Counted from the stretch's first letter, positions 17,941 through 26,069 are shown. The stretch: 64,000 bases of DNA from an uncultured Methylomirabilota bacterium (GCA_963705305.1 OY970067.1:209714-273713); one strand, 5' to 3'. Notes: generated by a model from the letters alone, not told the origin. Translations and numbers: made by a program.

Positions 17941-18182
17941 GGTTCCCGCAAGCAGAACTCGATGGCCTGCGAGCCCTCCACAAAGTGATGGTGCCAGGCC
18001 TGGAGTTTCGGATCATTTTCTGGGAGGACACGGACCGTGCAGATTTCGTTCTCCGCCGGCAAGCCGGGACCCCGCGCTGGTACCGATGGAAAGATTCGAC
18101 GGAGAATGCTACGTCTCCTCTTTCGGCGATACGCGGGGAGGTCGTTAGCAATTAGGACAATTAGGCCACAACGTCCCTTTTA
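17941..18182 (-). repeat. E-type element core, copy E1 (left terminus replaced by A2)
   Basis: Nearly identical to 20430-20667 over about 230 nt. The right end is GGCCACAACGTCCCTTTT. Confidence 0.75.
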
Positions 18183-18190
18183 CGCGGTTC

Positions 18191-18357
18191 ACAATTCCGG
18201 CGTACGAGAACGCGTGAGGACCCGCCCCGGGCCGGGAGGCGCGGCTGACTCTGCATGGGGTGGCCCCGGACCCCACGCCCGCAGGCTCCTCTGCCGCCGG
18301 GGCGCCCGGAGTGCCGGGAGGCTGCCTCCCTCCGAGAAGTTGTTTCAGAACCTACGT
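18191..18357 (+). repeat. F repeat copy 1 (relic of an MFS gene 3' end plus downstream hairpin)
   Basis: ACAATTCCGGCGTACGAGAACGCGTGAGG...GGGAGGCTGCCTCCC...CAGAACCTACG matches 19673-19767, with a roughly 70-nt internal insertion. Confidence 0.7.
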
Positions 18358-18360
18358 CCC

Positions 18361-18415
18361 GTATTACGTTGGTCTCGTCGGGAGGATTTGACAGATAATG
18401 CAACGTCCCCCATTA
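18361..18415 (-). repeat. solo E-type terminus
   Basis: GACAGATAATGCAACGTCCCCCATT is the inverted counterpart of the E-type left termini (GGGG.CG.TGCATTATCTGTC). No core is attached. Confidence 0.6.
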
Positions 18416-18431
18416 CTGAGGCCGAGGGACG

Positions 18432-19709
18432 ATGCGCCGCCCGCCGATCCGACCTCGCCTGCGGCCGCCACCGGCGGGATCCCCGGGACCGGCCGGCATG
18501 CGTGAAGCGCCCGCCTTCCCGGGGCCGGCCCGATCCCGGGCGGTCGTGGTGACCGCCCTGGGGACGGCCCAGACCTTGGCCTGGGCGTCAAGCTACTACC
18601 TGCCGGCGATCCTCGCCCATCCGATTGCCGCGGGGCTGGGCGTCCCGCACGCGTGGGTCTTCGCGGCCTTCTCGGCCGCCCTGCTCATCGCCGCCCTTGC
18701 CGGCCCCGTCGTGGGGCGAGGGATCGATCGCCACGGGGGGCGGGGCGTGCTCGTCCTCTCGAACCTGGTGTTCGCCGGCGGACTGCTCGCGCTCGCCGCG
18801 GCCACGGGCCCCCTCAGTCTCTTCGGGGCCTGGGCGGTGCTCGGCGTCGGGATGGCGCTGGGGCTGTACGACGCCGCGTTTGCCACGCTGACAAACCTCT
18901 ACGGCCGCGCGGCCCGCGGCCCAATTACCGGCATCACCCTCTTCGCCGGTTTCGCGTCGACGGTGAGCTGGCCGGTGTCCTCGCTCCTGATTGATATGCT
19001 GGGGTGGCGCGAGACCTGCCTCGTCTGGGCCGCCCTCAACCTGGGAATCTGCCTTCCGCTCAATCGCTTCCTCGTGCCGCTCGCCACGGAGCAGGCGCCT
19101 CCGCGCCGCGTGCCGGGAGCCCGGGTGGGGTGGAAGCCGCGCAGGGAGATGTTCCTGCTCGCCTTCGTGTTCGGGGCCGCCTGGTTCGTCACCGGCTCGA
19201 TGGCGGCCCACCTGCCGCGCCTCCTCGAACGGGCGGGGGCGACGCCCCTCCGGGCGGTCGCCATTGCCGCGCTGGTCGGGCCGGCCCAGGTCGCCGCGCG
19301 GCTGGCCGAGTTCTTCCTTTTGAAACGGACACACCCGGTGGTCTCGGCGAGGATCGCGACGACGCTCCACCCCATCGGCGCGGTCGCCCTGGCCTGTTGT
19401 CCGGGCCCCCTGGGGACAGTGAGCTTTACTGTCCTGTACGGGGCCGGGAATGGCCTGCTAACGATCGCTCGGGGCACGGTCCCGCTCGCCATCTTCGGTC
19501 CTCACGGCTATGGCGAGCGCACCGGCCTCCTCGGCGCCCCCGCCCGCGCCGCCCAGGCGTGCGCCCCGCTGGTGTTCGGGCTCTTGTTTGACGCCATGGG
19601 GCTTGCAGTCATCCTGGTCTCGGCGGGATTGAGCCTGGCCGCGCTGGGCGCCCTGCTGTGTCTGCGCGCAACCCCGGATCGGACAATTCCGGCGTACGAG
19701 AATGCGTGA
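18432..19709 (+). CDS. MFS transporter
   Basis: 425-aa ORF with about 12 hydrophobic segments. GAGGGA RBS; an alternative start is M23 at 18498. Confidence 0.8.
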   Translation: MRRPPIRPRLRPPPAGSPGPAGMREAPAFPGPARSRAVVVTALGTAQTLAWASSYYLPAILAHPIAAGLGVPHAWVFAAFSAALLIAALAGPVVGRGIDRHGGRGVLVLSNLVFAGGLLALAAATGPLSLFGAWAVLGVGMALGLYDAAFATLTNLYGRAARGPITGITLFAGFASTVSWPVSSLLIDMLGWRETCLVWAALNLGICLPLNRFLVPLATEQAPPRRVPGARVGWKPRREMFLLAFVFGAAWFVTGSMAAHLPRLLERAGATPLRAVAIAALVGPAQVAARLAEFFLLKRTHPVVSARIATTLHPIGAVALACCPGPLGTVSFTVLYGAGNGLLTIARGTVPLAIFGPHGYGERTGLLGAPARAAQACAPLVFGLLFDAMGLAVILVSAGLSLAALGALLCLRATPDRTIPAYENA

Positions 19710-19767
19710 GGGCCCGCCCCGGGCCGGGAGGCTGCCTCCCCTCGAGAAGCTGCTTCAGAACCTACGG
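19673..19767 (+). repeat. F repeat copy 2 (overlaps the last codons and stop of the MFS gene)
   Basis: Direct repeat of 18191-18357. It encodes ...TIPAYENA-TGA and then the GGGAGG-CTG-CCTCCC hairpin. Confidence 0.7.
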
Positions 19768-19890
19768 CCTTATTCGATGGCTCAAGACTTCCCGCAACCG
19801 CAGAGCGACCGGAGTCGGCCTGGCGAATTCCCCGGCCGCATCTGCTATACTCCCGGCAAATCTGCGGCCCATTCCTACTGGAGGGCGCCC

Positions 19891-20385
19891 ATGGACGAAC
19901 CGGTATTCATCGAGTCACGGGACGAGATGGAGCAGATCCTGCGGGAGGAGGTGCTGGGTCACCTGGGCCTCGCGGGCGACGGGCAGCCGTACGTGGTGCC
20001 CGTCAATTACGCCTACCTGGCCGGGAGGATCCTGTTCCACTGCGCGCTCGCGGGCCAGAAGCTCGACGCCATCCGCCGCAATCCCCACGTCTGTTTTACC
20101 GTCAGCCGGCAGCGGGGGGAGATGCGGGACCACACCGGCGCCCCCTGCCACATCGACAGCGACAGCGTGATCTGCTACGGCCGGGCGAGGCTCCTCGAGG
20201 ACCTCACGGAGCGGGCCGCCGCGCTGAACGCCTTCAACCGCCGCTACCGGCCCGATGCGCCCGATCTCCCGGTGGATCGGGTGGCGCAGTGCATGGCAGT
20301 CGAGATCACGATTGCCGTGATGACCGGGCGGCGGGAGCGAGACCGCCACCGCACGTACTGGCGCGCCATCTTCCATCCGCAATAG
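19891..20385 (+). CDS. pyridoxamine 5'-phosphate oxidase family (FMN-binding split barrel) protein
   Basis: ATG 19891 with GGAGGG RBS. MDEPVFIESRDEMEQILREEVLGHLGL..DGQPYVVPVNYAY is typical of the family. Confidence 0.8.
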   Translation: MDEPVFIESRDEMEQILREEVLGHLGLAGDGQPYVVPVNYAYLAGRILFHCALAGQKLDAIRRNPHVCFTVSRQRGEMRDHTGAPCHIDSDSVICYGRARLLEDLTERAAALNAFNRRYRPDAPDLPVDRVAQCMAVEITIAVMTGRRERDRHRTYWRAIFHPQ

Positions 20386-20667
20386 GGGCCGCTGCATTAT
20401 CTGTCCTGCCGGCGCCCGTCCCGCCAGCCCGCGCCAGGCGCAACTCGACGGCCTGCGAGCTCTCCACAACGTGATGGTGCCAGGCCTGGAGTTTCGGACC
20501 ATTTTCTGGGAGGACACGGACCGTGCAGATTTCGTTCTCCGCCGGCAAGCCGGGACCCCGCGCTGGTGCCGATGGAAAGATTCGACGGAGAATGCTACGT
20601 CTCCCCTTTCGGCGACACGCGGGGAGGTCGTCAGTGATTAGGACAATTAGGCCACAACGTCCCCTTT
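20381..20667 (-). repeat. E-type miniature element, copy E2 (complete)
   Basis: Termini AATAGGGGCCGCTGCATTATCTGTC / GGCCACAACGTCCCCTTT. The core is almost identical to E1. Confidence 0.75.
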
Positions 20668-20951
20668 TCATGAGATTCGGTGACGGACAAGGGCAATTCG
20701 GCTAGCAGTCTGTCGAAGTCACCCAAATACCTCTCGAAGAGATCGATAAAGAATCCGACGTAGGCAGCTATATTATCCGGCCAATCGAGATGCGCACGAT
20801 GAGACTGCACCTCACCTTGGAGTCCCTTGAGGGTCTCGATGCACTTGGCAGTTTCAGCCCGCCAATCTCGGATGTGCGCAAGGATCGTGTCCATGGAGAC
20901 ACCGGTGTAATCAGTCATCCCAGCCATGAGAGAACGCTCTCTGACAGTCAT
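20631..20951 (-). CDS. hypothetical protein (106 aa); the C-terminal 13 codons and stop come from element E2
   Basis: ATG with GGAGGA RBS and lower G+C than the surroundings. No recognisable domain. Confidence 0.5.
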   Translation of the reverse strand: MTVRERSLMAGMTDYTGVSMDTILAHIRDWRAETAKCIETLKGLQGEVQSHRAHLDWPDNIAAYVGFFIDLFERYLGDFDRLLAELPLSVTESHEKGTLWPNCPNH

Positions 20952-21067
20952 TGGCCGTCAATCCTCCGCCCCAACTCCACGAAAAATAATCCTTTGCGTG
21001 GCAAGCTGCACGTAGAACAGCACCCCGACCGGTGCCGGGTGGAGTCGAGCATACCAATAAAGCAGTG

Positions 21068-21297
21068 CTGAGGGAGGCCGCACTATTTGTAATATGCCGC
21101 CGCCGCCCGCCTACCAGGCTCTTCTAGACAGGACTTGATGGCACGTAATGCCTCCACTCCGTGATGGCGTCAGGACTGGATCCGCGGATCGTTTGCCAAA
21201 GGGCACAGGCCGCGCGGATTTCGTTCCCTAGCGACCTGCCGGGATCCCACTTCGGTGCTGTTGGAAAGATTCCACAGATAATGCTATTTCCCCCATT
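21068..21297 (-). repeat. E-type miniature element, copy E4
   Basis: Termini GAGGGAGGCCGCACTATTTGT / AATGCTATTTCCCCCATT. The core aligns with E1-E3 with substitutions and 1-nt indels. Confidence 0.65.
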
Positions 21298-21318
21298 ACA
21301 GGAATCAACCCATTATCT

Positions 21319-22152
21319 TCAGGCAATTCGTGCTAAAGCCTTTGCTGCGATCGCCTTATAGGCGAGCGCCTCCATGAGACTGTCCTCGGTGCCAAAGAGG
21401 GTATATGCGTCAATGTTCATGAGCGAAAGTCTCTCAAGGAAGGGACCGCGCTGACTTCTTGGGAGCCGATATTTCACAAGAACATCCTGATGGGCATCGG
21501 CTTTTTGAAACACTTCCTCGTGACTAGCGTAACTGCACCAACTATTCCGGATGACCCTGCAAATCGTGTACTCGCTCTGCTGCCGGAAATGCAGGGGAGT
21601 AGTTACGATATTGGGCCCCAGCCCCATAATATGTGGCTCATTCTCATCCCATATCTTCGCTTCCCCCGTATATTCCTGAAAGTAATAGACGGCGACTTCC
21701 TCATCAGGATCTTCGTGGGTCCTCTTTGCACATGCTGCCGATCGGAAAGCAAAGAAAGCAGCGACATATGGAGACTCCGACCAGTCGAGAAGCGGAGACG
21801 GGAATCCGTGATGTCTTAGGTAGACCATGAATTCGTATCCAAAAGGTGCCTGGTAAGGTTCCGGCCCCTCCTCTGGGTATGCGCCGATGTCCCAGCGTTT
21901 CTCCGTCACAGACTCGACGGGTTTCTGGAGAAAGTTGCGGAGCACCCTCCAGCATTCCTTCGTCGTATACGGGTGGTCCGTATACCTCTCTAGCGTCGTT
22001 TTTAGCGGCCAGGAGGCCTTCTCTTGCCCCCGAAATAGAGGCGGGGGGATATAGAGACCCGGAGCCTTCTTGCATGTCTCCGAATACCGACGCAAAACCT
22101 CACCGACCGCGCGCCCAAAGTCCTCCCAACTCGAAAGCACTAATTCTTTCAT
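21319..22152 (-). CDS. FRG domain-containing protein
   Basis: PPLFRGQEKASWPLKTTLER matches the FRG-domain signature. AGGAAA RBS. G+C is visibly lower than the window average. Confidence 0.75.
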   Translation of the reverse strand: MKELVLSSWEDFGRAVGEVLRRYSETCKKAPGLYIPPPLFRGQEKASWPLKTTLERYTDHPYTTKECWRVLRNFLQKPVESVTEKRWDIGAYPEEGPEPYQAPFGYEFMVYLRHHGFPSPLLDWSESPYVAAFFAFRSAACAKRTHEDPDEEVAVYYFQEYTGEAKIWDENEPHIMGLGPNIVTTPLHFRQQSEYTICRVIRNSWCSYASHEEVFQKADAHQDVLVKYRLPRSQRGPFLERLSLMNIDAYTLFGTEDSLMEALAYKAIAAKALARIA

Positions 22153-22163
22153 TGAATTTTCCT

Positions 22164-22383
22164 ATGGTGAGAGACGTCGCATTACTTGTCATATTTTGTC
22201 GGATCCACCAAGCGGATGGATGGCCAGCTAGCCCTCTACGGCGTGATGGTGCCAGGACTGGAGTTTCGGATCATTTCCTGGGAGAACACGGGCCGCGCGG
22301 ACTTCATTTCCTGGCGGCTTGCCGGGACCACGCCCTGGTGTCGATGGAAAGATTCGACAAACAATGCAACTTCCCCTGTCATT
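22164..22383 (-). repeat. E-type miniature element, copy E3
   Basis: TIRs GAGAGACGTCGCATTACTTGTC / GACAAACAATGCAACTTCCCCTG (15 of 21 positions match). The conserved core includes GTGATGGTGCCAGGACTGGAGTTTCGGATCATTTCCTGGGAG. Confidence 0.7.
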
Positions 22384-22405
22384 CACCCGATCGGATCGTT
22401 CCTAG

Positions 22406-23104
22406 TCAATGAATCCAGGCCACCCGGAATGGTTTCTGCCAGTCGTACTGAACTACCGGAACCACCCGAGAGAGACCAGCAGCTTCAATAAGAAGTTTGT
22501 AGTCCTTCAAAAGGCGCTCCAAAAGATCGAGACACGCGTCAAGATCTCCGTAGGTCGGCAAGTGCCGCATTGGGTGCATACTGCGGTGCGCCACATGCCT
22601 GTTCACAAAGCGTCGCAGCTTTCTTTCTGCCGCAAGGAGTTCGCGCTCGTGTTTGCGAACTACAGCAGGATTGATTTGGTCCGTACCCCTTTTTGCATAG
22701 TGCTCAAAGGATCGATTCCCCAACGTCCGCATCCGTCCCGAGCGATAGAGGCCAACATAGCGGCGCCGGCTAATTACCTCGGGATGGTCTCTGACGTCCT
22801 GGATTAGCCTGAGTAGTGAAATTGAGCGGCTGTCTTTGTCCGTCTGTCGCCTGATGGCGACCGCCATGTCAGCCACGTACGCGCGGTTCATCCAACTGTA
22901 GAAGACGCTGGGCACCTGAAGTTCGGGATTGGAGGCAATCATTGCCTGGACTTCCCGGTACACGTGGCGGTCGAGCGCCATCTCGACAATCTCGTCATAG
23001 ATGCACCGAAGCCAGCGCTTCCAGCGCAGATATACGCTGCGCCGTCTGGATGCAGACGTGATCGCCTGAGGCTTCGGGGGGGCCTTTTTCCTCTTCCTGC
23101 TCAT
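22406..23104 (-). CDS. hypothetical protein, possibly HEPN/Abi-like
   Basis: 232 aa with a basic N-terminus and an Rx4H-type motif, RFVNRH(VAHR). Lower G+C, GAGG RBS. The domain call is weak. Confidence 0.45.
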   Translation of the reverse strand: MSRKRKKAPPKPQAITSASRRRSVYLRWKRWLRCIYDEIVEMALDRHVYREVQAMIASNPELQVPSVFYSWMNRAYVADMAVAIRRQTDKDSRSISLLRLIQDVRDHPEVISRRRYVGLYRSGRMRTLGNRSFEHYAKRGTDQINPAVVRKHERELLAAERKLRRFVNRHVAHRSMHPMRHLPTYGDLDACLDLLERLLKDYKLLIEAAGLSRVVPVVQYDWQKPFRVAWIH

Positions 23105-23235
23105 GCTGACCTCGTCTGGCTGCGGCGGACCCGAACGATTAGATCAGAACTCCTTTGGGCGACCGGTGGCCGTTCGATTTGACCGTCCGCTGGCGTATGG
23201 CACCCACTACCTAGCCCTTGTTTAAGGGGACGCGT

Positions 23236-23713
23236 ATTTGATGGGGGACGTTGCCACTTTCGTCACGTTGCCGCAAGCATCATGCATCGCTGGGCGCGTG
23301 CCATCCTCCCAGGTTCCCGTTCCTACAAAAACACAACAACCCCATAGGATCCCAAGATCCGCCGGGGACTGTCGGGTTCGCACGCCAGGAGCTTTCCGGT
23401 CGGCATCTTCGCCTCCTTCAGGCCGCCTAGCTGGTGTCTGAATTCATTCGGGCAAGACGCTACCTCTCACCGGAGGGGGAAGGCAAGGGAAAAATACAGA
23501 GGACGGGGGACCGGAGACGGGAGACAGAGGTCAGGAGTCAGAGGTCGGGGGTCGGGGGTCAGCCAAGGAATGACTACGGACCACGGACCTGGGACAGGGG
23601 ACCGAGGACCGGAGACGAGGGAGGGGAGACGGCCAGAGGATGACCACAGACTACTGACTACTGACCACGGGCCAGAGAGGGGAAAGGGCCTCCAGCCAGG
23701 AGAGGGACCAAAC
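23236..23713 (-). repeat. A-type element, copy A3, with a long purine-rich low-complexity tail
   Basis: Left terminus GATGGGGGACGTTGCCACTTTCGTC and core at 23330-23480. The tail (23480-23713) holds GGACCGGAGACG and GACCAC(A/G)GAC-type repeats. Another left-type terminus starts at 23714. Confidence 0.6.
23340..23367 (-). terminator. terminator-like hairpin inside A3 (minus strand)
   Basis: Hairpin CCCC..GGATC-CCAA-GATCC..GGGG, followed on the minus strand by GUUGUUGUGUUUUUGUAGG. Confidence 0.4.
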
Positions 23714-23849
23714 AGGGGGACGTACGCAATTTATTCAACTTACGTGGAGGCTACCATGAAAATCCATCATGGCATGTTCGATTTTCATGGTACGTTTCGA
23801 TCAATCCCCCGGTTGTTGACGACAGGCCGAATTGGGTGGATTCCAGCGC

Positions 23850-24086
23850 CTAGGCCGCATCCAGGGTGTAAACGGGCACCTCCGCGACACGGCTGGGGGT
23901 CGGCTCGGACGCCAGCAGGGCCTCAATGCGCTTCACCGTCTCTGCCGAGAACGTCTCCTCCCCGCACTGCCTGCACACTAGCGCCGGCACCTGCTCAATC
24001 GAGACGAGCTTTCCGTGAACGTCGGCGGTGAAGGTCACCCGCCTGGAATCCTCGGTTCCTCCGCATACCGGACACCTACTATCCAT
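23850..24086 (-). CDS. YgiT-type zinc-finger protein (MqsA-N-like; putative antitoxin)
   Basis: CPVCGG...CRQCGE zinc-ribbon pattern. ATG 24086 with GGAGGA RBS, overlapping the upstream gene by 8 nt. Confidence 0.75.
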   Translation of the reverse strand: MDSRCPVCGGTEDSRRVTFTADVHGKLVSIEQVPALVCRQCGEETFSAETVKRIEALLASEPTPSRVAEVPVYTLDAA

Positions 24087-24456
24087 TATCAATCCTCCGG
24101 CTCCGCCAGTTCGACCACTCATGCGGATCGGGCTCGTAGACTGTTACAATCCGCGTCCGGGCGAGCGCAATCTGGATGTGGAGCGGCCGGCCCGTTTCAG
24201 TAAAACCCAACAACAAGAGGCTTGGACCGTACTTATCTTGGAGGTACTCCTCGACAACTTCCGCATTGGCAATCGCCTGCTCGATTTCGTCCGTCCGGAT
24301 TCCCTGCCGAAGCATGCGACCTACCGCATGCCGAGAGATCTCGTAGCGGCCCGAGCGGAAAGCAGCGCGAATCGCCTCCAGCTGTTCCCGGCTTTCGTCA
24401 GGCACAATTGGAATCATACCAAAAACGGGCGAGGCGGTCCAATCCCCGGCGGACAC
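24079..24456 (-). CDS. DUF4258 domain protein (putative toxin partner of the YgiT protein)
   Basis: ISRHAVGRMLRQGIRTDEIEQAI...GFTETGRPLHIQI is the DUF4258 pattern. The start codon is uncertain (GTG 24456 or ATG 24417). Confidence 0.7.
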   Translation of the reverse strand: MSAGDWTASPVFGMIPIVPDESREQLEAIRAAFRSGRYEISRHAVGRMLRQGIRTDEIEQAIANAEVVEEYLQDKYGPSLLLLGFTETGRPLHIQIALARTRIVTVYEPDPHEWSNWRSRRIDNG

Positions 24457-24491
24457 AGAACGGAATGGAGGCAGGGAGAACGGAAGGAGAT

Positions 24492-26015
24492 CTACAGCCG
24501 GGAGAGGGCGTGGGATTCCAGGTCGACGCGGATGTACCTGGCCAGCAGGGGCTGGACGCGCTCCAGCTCACGGAAGACGTCCTGGGCGATCTGCCGGTAC
24601 GAGGGGTGGCCCTGCTTGCCCGAGCGCAGCTCGACGAAGTGGTAGATCTCGCGCAGGTTCCAGGTGAACAGGACCCGCTTCCGGAAGGCCAGGGGCAGGA
24701 CGTACTGGGCCTCGCGCGGGAAGCCGGACGCGATCGTCCGGTAGGCCGACTCGGCGCGCGCCATGCACTCGTCGTAGGGGGCCGTGAGGCCGTAGCGGGC
24801 GATCTCGGGCGGCGTGCTGTAGCCGTGCAGGTCGGTGGACTCCTGCGGGATCTGGGTGGCCATGCGGTGCCGCTGGATGTCCCGGAAGGCTCCGAAGTCC
24901 ACCAGGATGTCGAAGGTGTAGGTGAGGTGCTCCAGCGCCCGCAGGGGCGCGTCGTGCGGCCCCCGCCGCGCCAGGTACTCCTCGACGACCTTCTCCCGCG
25001 CCTCCCCGCCCATCGCCGCCGCCCGCGCCTGCACCTGGCGGAAGGGAAGATGGCCGTAGCCGTACAGGATCGCGGCCGCGAGCTGCACCTCGGCGTCCTC
25101 GGGATACCGGACCAGCGACACGGCCGGCGCCTCCGCGGGGGCGGTCCCCGCGAGCTCCGCGGCGGCCAAGCGTTCCATCGCCTCCGCCGTCTCGGCCAGG
25201 TAGGAACTCTTGTCGGCGTACTTGATCAGGGTGGGAATGACCTGCTGCGCCTCGGTCTTCAGCCGGGCGCCTACCTCCTGCGCCTCGGCCAGGGGGTGGG
25301 AGAGGAGCTTCACGATCAGGTGCTCGAGGAGGCGCCCGTTGATCGTCATCCCGATGTTGGTCAGGGTGGCCGCGGGCAGGACGTAGCGCAGGATGTCGCA
25401 GCTCTTGGCCCGGCAGGCCGCCTCGTGGGCCCGCTCGCTCTGCCCCGCCTCGCGCGGCACCTCCGCCTTGACGGCGGCCGTCACCTGCTCGATGAGCCGC
25501 GTGTAGGTCTCCAGCAGGAAGGCGCAGGTCTCCCGGAAGAGGGCGCCGTGCCTGGACGCGGTCAGGCGCGGCTCGCGGTAGAACTTGCCCCGATCGAAGA
25601 CGACGTAGCGGGTGGATTTTTCGGTGTACGAGGCGAGGCGCGTGTCCTCGATGATCTTGCTGGCTACGATGGAGACGTCCTCGACGGCCAGGTGGGCCAC
25701 GGCGTGTTCCGCCACCGAGGCGTGGCCGTAGCCGACGACCCACTTCTCGTGGAACTCCTTGGCCTTCTGCCGGGCCCGGGCCAGCTCGTCCTGCCCTGTG
25801 GCGGCCCAGGTCAGCCGCTCCGCCAGGTCGAGGTCCCGGTCCTGGATCAGCTTCAGGAGATTCCGCCGCAGGCTCTCCCGGCTGCGGCTGTAATAGGCGA
25901 ACAGGACGGCCACCACCTCTTCCGGGAGATTCTTCAGGGCGAAGATGGGCCGCTCTACATTTGTCACGTAGGGACGGAGGATCGCCGTCTCTTCCGGCGT
26001 GAAGACCTCGCTCAT
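24492..26015 (-). CDS. thyX: FAD-dependent thymidylate synthase, long tandem-domain form
   Basis: ThyX RHR motif (FRDIQRHRM) and ELRSGKQGHPSYRQIA. At 507 aa it is about twice a single ThyX domain. Confidence 0.85.
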   Translation of the reverse strand: MSEVFTPEETAILRPYVTNVERPIFALKNLPEEVVAVLFAYYSRSRESLRRNLLKLIQDRDLDLAERLTWAATGQDELARARQKAKEFHEKWVVGYGHASVAEHAVAHLAVEDVSIVASKIIEDTRLASYTEKSTRYVVFDRGKFYREPRLTASRHGALFRETCAFLLETYTRLIEQVTAAVKAEVPREAGQSERAHEAACRAKSCDILRYVLPAATLTNIGMTINGRLLEHLIVKLLSHPLAEAQEVGARLKTEAQQVIPTLIKYADKSSYLAETAEAMERLAAAELAGTAPAEAPAVSLVRYPEDAEVQLAAAILYGYGHLPFRQVQARAAAMGGEAREKVVEEYLARRGPHDAPLRALEHLTYTFDILVDFGAFRDIQRHRMATQIPQESTDLHGYSTPPEIARYGLTAPYDECMARAESAYRTIASGFPREAQYVLPLAFRKRVLFTWNLREIYHFVELRSGKQGHPSYRQIAQDVFRELERVQPLLARYIRVDLESHALSRL

Positions 26016-26069
26016 ACCCCGGCCGCCCTGCGGAGCCCCCCGTCGGCCCCCTCCCGAATCACGGCCGCC

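Noticed and set aside
17796-18062. The E-type core as a protein-coding gene. Minus-strand ORFs such as 17796..18062, 20306..20671 and 16085..16312 share ..ENEICTVRVLPENDPKLQAWHHH..
   Set aside because: The copies do not preserve a frame. E3 has an in-frame TAG right after WHHHAVEG, E4 has a 1-nt indel that destroys the motif, there is no consistent start or RBS, and the flanking parts translate differently in each copy. Conservation fits RNA or DNA-level function better.
16064-22383. E/A elements as integron attC sites (a CALIN-like cassette array)
   Set aside because: No integrase is present. The elements are 215-480 bp, compared with 57-141 bp for typical attC. The termini read 5'-..ACGTTGC...GCAACGT..-3', not RYYYAAC...GTTRRRY. 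Only the cassette-like layout is similar.
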